NCBI RefSeq assembly: GCF_006345805.1
Contig: NW_021825629.1
Coordinates: 1-14,986 of the forward strand
Reading direction: 5' to 3'
Length of the DNA stretch: 14,986 nucleotides
DNA from: Octopus sinensis
Lineage: Eukaryota
This document shows positions 1-9,120 of the stretch, one piece after another. How positions within the stretch are numbered: the stretch's first letter is position 1; every line of letters starts with the position of its first letter. Under the pieces are notes generated by a model that worked only from the letters and a program-made list of their open reading frames with translations, made no database searches and was not told the origin of the DNA. The translations under genes and the position numbers were made by a program.

Positions 1-10
1 GTCAGATTTA

Positions 11-178
11 TCTTTTATCCTTTACTTGTTCCGGTCATAGACTGCGCCCATGCGGGGCATTGCCTGGAGAATTTTAGTCGAACTAATCGACCTCCGGTAC
101 ATTTTTCTTTTCAAGCCTGGTACTATTCTATCGGTCATTTTTGACGAATCTCTAATGTTACGCGGATGTAAACACTGA
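11..178 (-). mobile_element. SINE family A, 3' half, older diverged subfamily
   Basis: TTTACTTGTTCCGGTCATAGACTGCGCCCATGC...TTTTAGTCGAACTAATCGACC...TACTATTCTATCGGTC aligns by eye with the better-preserved copies at 12771-13166 and 13802-14206. Confidence 0.85.
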
Positions 179-186
179 CACGATGA

Positions 187-218
187 CACACACACATATG
201 TATATATGTATATATATA

Positions 219-286
<68 letters not shown>

Positions 287-292
287 ATAAAT
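187..292. repeat. (CA)n/(TA)n microsatellite
   Basis: Directly visible dinucleotide tract. Confidence 0.95.
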
Positions 293-487
293 AAAATAAA
301 TATAAGGGAGTGGTCACTATATGGCTCACTCTAGCACCAGTTAATCCAAAAGTTTTTCAACAACAAAAATACATGTTTCCCATGAAAGTCAGTACCATGG
401 GAAACATGTATTTTTGTGGTTGAAACCTTTGTGTTAACTGGTGTGCTAGAGTGAGCCATATAGTGACCACTCTCTTATATTTATTTT
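293..487. repeat. Long imperfect inverted repeat (fold-back), about 92-bp arms and 11-nt loop; probable Penelope-like terminal remnant
   Basis: Left arm 293-384 is the reverse complement of right arm 396-487 apart from about 5 substitutions and two 2-nt indels; loop AAAGTCAGTAC (385-395). The PLE assignment is inference. Confidence 0.9.
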
Positions 488-835
488 GTAAAATATTATA
501 ATATATTATAAAATATTATAATAATCCAGGTTTCTCGGAGCACTAGGCCACTTGGTGTTGAATAGATATACTATTAAATTAGTATCTAATTCTCTCACCC
601 TTATTAATTAATTATATATATATATAATATATATATTATAGTTTGAAATTTGATTAGTACTACTAAAAGAATTTTTCCCTTTAAGTTGGAATTATATTCC
701 CTAATATCACATATATATTATATATATATATATAATATATAAAATAAAATATGTATGTATGGATGTATGTATGTATTAGTACAACATGATATGTATAGCG
801 TAATCAATGCCCAGACCAAAGGAGGGTAGACAATC

Positions 836-1420
836 AAATCTATATACGGCGCAACTTTGACGACCTCAGAAGCGCTTGATGGCTACTGAGCAAAAGATGC
901 TTGATGGCTACTAAGGAGAGGTGCATGATGGCTACTGAACCAACTGAAACGATGAACAAATAGACAACGATCGTAAAATGCGATTAACTGAGGAGAAACC
1001 AAGATGCGATTGCTCAATAGACGAAAAGAGACGAAACGAGCATTAAGTTGGCTAAGAGGAAATAATATAGGGGGAAAACAAAATTAGTGTTAAACAATAA
1101 TATTTGGATAAATAACGAATATCAACCAGTTAAAATGGAGAATAGACAACGAATTAACAAATGAAACGATGGCGACATGATTATTAGAAATCAACAAAAC
1201 AGAGAGACACCTATAGGCAAAAGAATGAATTCATCTTATATAGTTATATACGAAAGCAACGCAAATATTAAGGAAAATAGTTACGTATGAAACCAACGCA
1301 AATATTGAGGGGAAAAAAATAAGCATTCTCGCCTGATGATCGCAAGGCCAGAAATTCAATAATTTTTCAGTTTCAATAAATAATATGCAGTGCGCCTTGC
1401 ATTAAATGCTCTTCACTTCT
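836..1420 (+). mobile_element. Decayed Penelope-like element 3' end (GIY-YIG C-terminal remnant followed by a hammerhead-like motif)
   Basis: Frameshifted pieces KSIYGATLTT (836-865), YRGKTKL...IWINNEYQPVK/WRID (1066-1147) and KR(N)EFI (about 1219-1236) occur in the order expected for the PLE endonuclease tail (YxG.T..., T.LS.YIW...IKW.I..., LNKR.E). CTGATGA (1333-1339) and GAAA (1351-1354) follow. Confidence 0.5.
874..938. repeat. Three degenerate direct repeats, GC(T/A)TGATGGCTACT, 24-25 bp period
   Basis: Copies start at 874, 899 and 923. Confidence 0.85.
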
Positions 1421-1477
1421 TTCCTTAAGGATCTATAACACACATACAAACTCATACATACGCATAGCTGGATGAAA

Positions 1478-1479
1478 GC

Positions 1480-1542
<63 letters not shown>

Positions 1543-1584
1543 TGTATTAGATATGGGGATTTATATACATTACACATATGCACA

Positions 1585-1615
<31 letters not shown>

Positions 1616-1626
1616 CATATACAGAC

Positions 1627-1657
<31 letters not shown>

Positions 1658-1715
1658 CAGTTATGATATATATATATTATGATATTATATACATTCATGT
1701 ATATATATATAACAT
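1478..1715. repeat. Compound (TA)/(TG)/(AG) microsatellite
   Basis: Directly visible. Confidence 0.95.
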
Positions 1716-2164
1716 TTAAAACATGCTTTTCATTGAATTAATTTCTTATTTTTTCCCTTATTAACTCGCAGTTTCTCTTCGCGTTCCGATTCTTGTAGTC
1801 GTTAATCGGTTTTCATTAACAGCAAAGCAAAACAGATGTGTTTTGTCAGCAAAAAAAAAAAAAAACAGAAAAAATGAAAAAATATCCTCTGTTGATTTCC
1901 TTCACCCTGGATTAACAAACACTTCGAAAGTAAATTAGAAAAAACAGAACGCCATAAATGAAGAAGCAAATAAGATTTCTGAAAAATAAGACGAATCTCT
2001 TAACCATAAAACTCTTCTCTCGGTTCATTAAAGCATTAATTCAAAGTTCTGTTTCGGCCTCTCACTATTTATTACTCCTCTTCAACAATCAGGAGAAAAA
2101 CCAATATAGAATAGCCCCTAGGTTACGTGGTTGGGTAGTTAGGTTTCTCATCGTCGTCGTGGCA

Positions 2165-2240
<76 letters not shown>

Positions 2241-2259
2241 ATTTATTTATTTATATATA
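2165..2259. repeat. (TA)n microsatellite
   Basis: Directly visible. Confidence 0.95.
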
Positions 2260-2310
2260 GGCTATATTAAGTCTCTGAGCGAGAGGTAAGCAGTAACAGT
2301 ACGGCATCGT

Positions 2311-2403
2311 ATCGTGAAATATATTTGCAGCTAAATGTAGCGGTCCCAATAACATCGACGTCAATGGGACCACCATATTTAGTTGGCAAATATGTTTTAC
2401 GAT
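2311..2403 (+). other. Imperfect hairpin, about 38-bp stem and 16-nt loop
   Basis: 2311-2348 pairs with 2365-2403. On the + transcript four non-Watson-Crick positions are G-U, two are A-C, and there is one bulge. Confidence 0.8.
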
Positions 2404-2531
2404 GTATATATATATATATATATAATATATATATCTATACATATACAGGAAGATATCGCAGGACACATTATACACGCACAGAGAGACAAACAGATGGACA
2501 GACATGCAGATAGACAGGCACAAAGACACAC

Positions 2532-2617
<86 letters not shown>

Positions 2618-2735
2618 TCACACACATGTACACACACAATACTCCATCTCATCCATACACACACATGCATACATATATATATATACACACAAACTCACAT
2701 AAACACACACACAGACAAACATATATATATATATA
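2404..2735. repeat. Compound microsatellite including about 21 perfect AGAT units (2532-2615)
   Basis: Directly visible. Confidence 0.95.
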
Positions 2736-3124
2736 CTAAGAAATAGCTAGAGAGGGACGGGGAAGAGCAAGGCTCAGCAAGATGAACAGCAAATGGAAGG
2801 GAACTGATTAAAGAAACAAATAGGGAAAGAAAGATAAGCAATCATACATGCATACATACATACATACATACACATCTTTGTCGTCTGCTTCGATCAATTT
2901 TACAGAATTACGCCATGATTTAAGCGGAGATTTTCTAAACATATGTATGTTTCGTCATCCGGTTGAATTCAAATAACATAAAGTAACAAGGAATAGAATA
3001 AAGAATACTTCGAACGAGTGTGATAACAAGGAAAATTAGTTATGTGCCGTTTCGTGTTACGTTACTTTTATGTAATGTTAAATGAATCCTTACCTTAGCT
3101 GTCCTCCATGTTGAGACTTCATGC

Positions 3125-3145
3125 ACGTATATGTGTGTGTGTATA

Positions 3146-3195
<50 letters not shown>

Positions 3196-3324
3196 GTAGA
3201 GTATATAGATAGATAGTAGATAGATGATAGATAGATAGGATAGAGATATAGATGGATAGATAGATAGATAGAGAAGAGAGAGAAAACAGCAGAGAAGAGA
3301 GATGTGAATATATATATATAATAT

Positions 3325-3372
<48 letters not shown>

Positions 3373-3666
3373 ATATATATAATATATATATATATATATA
3401 TTGTGTGTGTGTGTGTGCGTATGTATTGTATATATTGTCTTCTATTCGGTTCTATCACTAGTAAACATGAATGAATAATATATTTAATCCATCACTTCAG
3501 TGAGACGCCAACTACTTCAGATTCATCAAAATACACACACACTTAAATATAAATAAATAGATAAATATGTATATATATAAATGTATATGTATATGTATAT
3601 GTGTATATATATATAAGTATACATATACATATATATATTTACGCACACACATGCACATATCTATAC

Positions 3667-3712
<46 letters not shown>

Positions 3713-3766
3713 TGATAGACAGGGAAATATAGAAATACATAGACAGACAGACAGATAAATAGATAG

Positions 3767-3819
<53 letters not shown>

Positions 3820-3878
3820 TAGACATTTTAAAGATAAGACCCTGAGAAACGTTAAAATACCGCACACTCACTGAGAAA

Positions 3879-3919
<41 letters not shown>

Positions 3920-3925
3920 TATATG
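3125..3925. repeat. Compound (TA)/(GATA)/(GA)/(CA) microsatellite cluster with short unique spacers
   Basis: Directly visible. Confidence 0.9.
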
Positions 3926-4009
3926 TGGGCCACAACACACTCCGTAGCGCACAAACACATAAGCAGACACATATTAGTACAGATACGCTGAAGTATTGAC
4001 ACATTAGAA

Positions 4010-4013
4010 ATCT

Positions 4014-4046
<33 letters not shown>

Positions 4047-4830
4047 TCTCTAGGACATCCACATACACACTCACGCGTTAAGAACATTATTTTATACGTC
4101 TGTCTTCCCACACACGCCGACACGAGCACCAACACATAGCCACATGCGCATACACTTATACACGCATACACTCATACATATACACACATACCATCACACT
4201 TACACACATAATCACACGGCCACACACACACAGACACACACTCACAAATACTCACGCATACACACAATGGCTGCGGCTATTAGGCCCGCCTCGAGTGAAC
4301 AATTAAGGAAATCGTCGAAAAATAAGTGAGCGGAAAACTTAAAAATTACCAAAATCTGCAACCAGAGTTATGCAAGGGCGGGAAAGTGTAGGGGAGATTT
4401 TCATTCATCGCATACAGCCATACACACGCAAAACACACACACACACACACATGCATACGCACACATGCACGCACGCACAAACACGCACACTCATACACTA
4501 TGCATATACGTTATATTGTGTATATATATATATATAATATTATATATATATATACATATATATATATATTATATACATGAAGTATGTATGCATGTATGTA
4601 TGTGGTATGTATGTTATATGTGTGACACACACATGATCAGGGATAATACGCTCAGGCACACTCATAGTCGCACACTAATTTCTTCACACACACACACACA
4701 AGCAAACAAACAAATATATACATATATATATATACAAGGAGAGAGAGAGAGAGAGGGAGTGAGAGACACAGTCACAGTGACACATCTACACATACACTCA
4801 TACACACAAACACACACACATACGCTAATT
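4010..4830. repeat. (CA)/(TA)-rich microsatellite cluster interrupted by a unique island at about 4267-4410
   Basis: Directly visible. Confidence 0.85.
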
Positions 4831-5149
4831 CCCTCACTCTCTTCCTTACCCACTGCCTCTCTTCCTCTCCTTCCTCTCCCGCCGCCTTCCTCCCTTCAAT
4901 AAACACACACAACTCAAGAGCGGCGATGTTCAATGCATCCACCACGCCGCCAATGGTGAATTAATAGAGCTGTTTTCCTATCTTCTTCAATGAACTGTAA
5001 TATGATGGACGCCTCGGGCAAAATCAACAAAATTCGATCACTGCTATTTTTCCTGCGACCGAACTAAGCTGACAGAGGTTCCGGAGGTGGTGGTGGGGGG
5101 AGGGGGCGATGTGTGGTTGGGGTAGGTAGCAACTTCAGTATTTTTCTAT

Positions 5150-5360
5150 GTGCGGGTATGTGCATACACACGCATACACTTGCATACAGACACACACACA
5201 TATACACATAAACACCCACCCATCCGTCCACCCGCACACCCACCCACACACACATATGTACATAAATAAATACATACATTCATATATGTACGTATGCGTG
5301 TGTATGTATGTATGTATGTATGTATTCGTTTGTGTGTAAATATACATGTATATATGTATA
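5150..5360. repeat. (CA)/(TG)/(TATG) microsatellite
   Basis: Directly visible. Confidence 0.9.
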
Positions 5361-5905
5361 CGTCATCGCGTGTGATTGTCTCCGTGTGTTTGTATAGGTG
5401 TATTTGCACTGAATGGACAAGGACGCCATCTTTCACTATACGAGAAGAGATTTGATGTCGTTATGCTGGGACATCTCGCAAACCAAGTCGGTAATAGAAG
5501 TTCGATTTTCAGTCCCGCCTCGTCCATTCACTTCTCGAATGTACAGTGTGCGACAGAAAAACCAGCTATGGAAACATATTTGAAGAATTGTGAACTTGGA
5601 AGGGGGATGTCTTTTCCCCTTCACGCTGTACAATTTCAAAGGTTAATTGAGAACTCCAGACCCACTTAACCTGTAAGAGAAATAACATCCTTATCACTGA
5701 TTTTGCCCTATGACACAATGCACGAGACGCTATATTTAAAAACGAACTCTACCGGGATGACAGGATCTTTGGCCTTCACAAGAAACTCAGGTCCCTACCC
5801 CACTAGAAAAATCTAACTCAATTTACATTGCCATCGAAATTTCAATGCACGTTTTAAAAAAAGTATTGGTTACAAAGTCCTCTTTCACACGTCCCGTTGT
5901 GGCAT

Positions 5906-6291
5906 GGAAGCACTCCGTCGGTTACGACGATGAGGGTTCCGGTTGATCCGAATCAACGGAACAGCCTGCTCGTGAAATTAACGTGTAAGTGGCTGAGCGC
6001 TCCACAGACACGTGCACCCTTAACGTAGTTCTCGGGGATATTCAGCGTGACACAGAGAGTGACAAGGCCGGCCCTTTGAAATACAGGTACAACAGAAACA
6101 GGAAGTAAGAGTGAGAGAAAGTTGGAGGCGAAAGAGTACAGCAGGGATCACCACCATCCCCTGCCGGAGCCTCGTGGACCTTTTTAGGTGTTATCGCTCA
6201 ATAAACACTCACAACGCCCGGTCTGGAAATCGAAACCGCGATCCTATGACTGCGAGTCCGCTGCCCTAACCACTGGGCCATTGCGCCTCCA
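5906..6291 (-). mobile_element. Full-length tRNA-derived SINE (family B) with 12-bp target-site duplication
   Basis: The minus strand starts TGGAGGCGCAATGGCCCAGTGGTTAGGGCAGCGGACTCGCAGTCATAGGATCGCGGTTTCGATTTCCAGACC (A box TGGCCCAGTGG, B-box-like GGTTTCGATTTCC). An identical CCGTTGTGGCAT flanks it at 5894-5905 and 6292-6303. Confidence 0.92.
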
Positions 6292-6805
6292 CCGTTGTGG
6301 CATATGCACTTCGAACTGCTATCCTTCCCATTACCAGTATCATAGCGTTATTTTCCCCATCAGCATCCCATCAATTACCTAACATATTTGTTCTCCTTTA
6401 TTTTTCACTCTCTCCCTTTCCTCTTTCTCCCTTTCTCTCACCTCTTTCTCTCCTATTACTCCAATATTTCTTCAAAGTCTACGTTTTCTTCTTTTTCCTC
6501 TTTCCTGCGTTGTTTCGGTGCATTAATGTCTTGTATGGCTTTGCTTGGATTCTAATTTGATCGTAAAAACTCGTGTTTTTGTTTTTCTCTTTTTCTTGTC
6601 CTTCTTGCTAAGAAACCTTGTATTTTTTTCACGTTCTGTTTTTGTTCCCACTGTATCGATCCTTAACAACTATATTGGTTTCTGGGTCCACTGCATCGGA
6701 GCGATTATTGAAAGCGCGGAGATCCTGAGAAAGACAGCTGACATAACATGTTTTCTCATCGGTTTTCCCACCTATATATTTTCAAGGGAATTTTTTTTAC
6801 CAGTT

Positions 6806-7075
6806 GCTGGGAAAGACATCTAAGGACCAATGATGGAGTCGAGCAGCCAACGATGCCTATTTGAAGATACCATCGATGGCCTCACAGTAGCAACCAGCCA
6901 AGACCCATATGGAGGCAAAACATCACTAGAAGAATACGACAACATGGACTTGAATGAAGTTCAAGCCTAAGAAATCTAGAAAGACAAATTAAGAAACTGG
7001 ATCAAGCTGCAAAGTGCAAGGAGAGGTTATTTCATCGCTAGAAGAAGGTACGATCAAGACATAGAAGTGGGGTAC
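6806..7075 (+). mobile_element. Decayed reverse-transcriptase fragment of a non-LTR retrotransposon, HERO-like (RLE group)
   Basis: Frameshifted translation gives GPMMES..Q / IDGLTVATS (catalytic MDDLTV motif) / LEETTTWT*MKFKPKKSR (MKFKPKKSR at 6954-6980) / VQGEVISSLEEGTIK..KW. This follows the HERO-type RT pattern RGP..SG.RQPP.R.FMDDLTV...LE...WARM.FKP.KSR. Confidence 0.72.
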
Positions 7076-7104
7076 GAAGCAAAGGGATTGCTTGAATATC
7101 CTTT

Positions 7105-7162
7105 TAAGGTGGTGCTCCAGCATGACAACAGCACCAGCGATCGAAACAAATGCAACAATAAA
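7105..7162 (+). mobile_element. SINE family A extreme 3' end, degenerate
   Basis: TAAGGTGGTGCTCCAGCATGACAACAG...GAAACAAATG matches the reverse complement of the tails at 13500-13553. Confidence 0.7.
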
Positions 7163-7207
7163 GCAGCAACACAACAACAGCAGCAGCAGCAGCAGCAGCA
7201 GCAGTAC

Positions 7208-7239
<32 letters not shown>

Positions 7240-7295
7240 ATGGTGGTGGTGGTGGTGGTGGTATTTGTTGTAACAACAGCAGTACTAGTAGTAGT
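7163..7295. repeat. Stacked trinucleotide repeats: CAA, (CAG)9, (TAG)10, (TGG)7
   Basis: CAG 7178-7204, TAG 7208-7237, TGG 7241-7261. Confidence 0.95.
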
Positions 7296-7299
7296 ATCT

Positions 7300-7468
7300 A
7301 TTTCTCTTCTCCATTTGTCTATCGATTTCCCTCTGTCTCTCTCCCTCTCTCTCTCCTCTCTCTCTTCTCTCTCTCTCCCTATCTATCTCTCCTCTCTCCC
7401 CTATCTCTATCCTCTTTCTCTCCACCTTCTCTCTCACTCTCTCTCCCCGTCTCTTTACCTCCCTCCCT

Positions 7469-7506
<38 letters not shown>

Positions 7507-7941
7507 ATTGGCTTGCTGGCTGGAAACTGGCCTAGGCTGGCTGGCCCTATATCATTGAACCAAGCTGATCTCTATTTCCCTCTCTGTCTCTACCTCTCTC
7601 TCCTATTTTTCTCCATCTCTCTCCTCACTCCCCCTCTCTTTTTCCCCATCTCTCTCCCCTTCTCTCTCTTCTCTCTCTCCCCGTCTCTTTACCCCTCCCT
7701 CCCTCCCTCCCTCGCTCTCTCTCCCTCTATGTATATATATATCTATATCACTGAACCAAGCTGATCTCTCTTTCTTTGTCTCTCCCTCTCTGTCTCTCCT
7801 CTCTCTCCTTCTCTCTCCTCTCTCCTCTATCTCTATCCACCTCTCTCCCCATCTCTCTCTCCGTCTCCCTCCCTCCCTCCCTCCCTCGCTCTCTCCCCCT
7901 CTATATATACACATCTATATCATTGAACCAAGGCTGATCTC
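7300..7941. repeat. Composite minisatellite: CT-rich body plus a 26-bp unique anchor CTATATCA(T/C)TGAACCAAGCTGATCTC
   Basis: Anchor at 7547-7572, 7743-7768 and 7915-7941 (spacings 196 and 172). The bodies share CTCTCTCCCCGTCTC. Confidence 0.85.
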
Positions 7942-8219
7942 GTTGACATGAAATCGTTCAGTCAGAAAATTGTATTCATCAGTTACAATATCGAAACTCA
8001 TATTAAGGAGCAATTACGGAGGCAGATAGGCAATTATTACCCCGTTGAAGGGTGGTAATTGCTCTCTTTAGCTACAACTACATCTGCTAGCAATTTCCCC
8101 CTCTTGTTGTTGTTGTTGTTATTGTTGTTGTTGTTATCATTATTATTATTCATTCATGTTCCTTGTCGCCAACGCAGCTGAATAACTCGCCGCCTCTCTC
8201 CTTCCCTCCTCTTATTGTT

Positions 8220-8329
8220 TAAATATATATACATACATGCAAGCATACATACATATATATGTATATACATACACACACACACCCACACATACATATATAT
8301 ATATATATATATGTACATACATACATACA

Positions 8330-8361
<32 letters not shown>

Positions 8362-8473
8362 CATATACTTATATATACAGACACAAACACATTGCATATA
8401 TATATATATACGCATGTATGTGTGTATATGTATTAATAAATATATGTGCATGTGTATATACATACATACATAT

Positions 8474-8518
<45 letters not shown>

Positions 8519-8564
8519 TAAGCGTGTGTGTGTGTGTGTAAATGCATGTTCATGCATGCATATG

Positions 8565-8606
<42 letters not shown>

Positions 8607-8637
8607 ATGTGTGTGTGTGTTTGTGTGTGTGTATGTG

Positions 8638-8670
<33 letters not shown>

Positions 8671-8720
8671 CATGGTATGTATGTATATATACATTCGTAC
8701 ATATATTCATGTACATGCAT
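8220..8720. repeat. Compound (TA)/(CATA)/(TG) microsatellite
   Basis: Directly visible. Confidence 0.95.
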
Positions 8721-9120
8721 ATATATCCTTTTTGGTCTTACACCGTCTCATCACCCCCCTCTTCTCCTCTCCCCCATCCTCCCCCATCCTCCCCTCTCCC
8801 CATCCGCCCCTCGAACTCTTTCACTCTCTCCCTTTCTTACTCATTCGATCAAACTCTCTCACTTTCCTTCTATCTATCTTTATTTCTGTCTAACTCCATC
8901 TCAATGAGTCGGACCCTTTTTTTTATCGAGTTATCCCAGAAGACTTGATGGCTTCCGAAACTGAGACAACCAGAAAGAACTCCTGCTGGGGAAGGGCACT
9001 GTTGATGCCGCGGCTCGATGGCGGTCGACGTTAAATAACGTTGTTGACCAACCCGACTGTGCCAAACCTTCGCCCAAGGTCCTGCGAACGACTGTTTACG
9101 CCGCTTAAATAAGTGCGAGG

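Noticed and set aside
874-938. Repeat-spacer pattern resembling a CRISPR array (also the anchors at 7547-7941)
   Set aside because: Repeats and spacers are the wrong size, spacers are low-complexity or too short, no cas genes are present, and the context is eukaryotic.
2275-2326. CTGAGCGA...GAAATATATTT as a possible hammerhead
   Set aside because: The core has an extra base and the intervening sequence does not form stem II.
3086-3125. Minus-strand donor CTAAG|GTAAGG
   Set aside because: No acceptor with a pyrimidine tract upstream (only TA/CA repeats) and no recognisable peptide.
5376-5669. 97-aa + strand ORF and the overlapping 67-aa minus ORF
   Set aside because: No recognisable motif and no convincing exon boundaries on the + strand; the length is reachable by chance.
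6215-6291. tRNA-like sequences here and at 9780-9855, 12100-12172, 13095-13166 and 14135-14206
   Set aside because: They continue into SINE bodies and lack a proper acceptor stem; they are SINE heads, not tRNA genes.
7092-7240. Poly-Q/S/L/V low-complexity ORFs
   Set aside because: They derive from the CAG/TAG/TGG tracts and a SINE tail, not from a gene.
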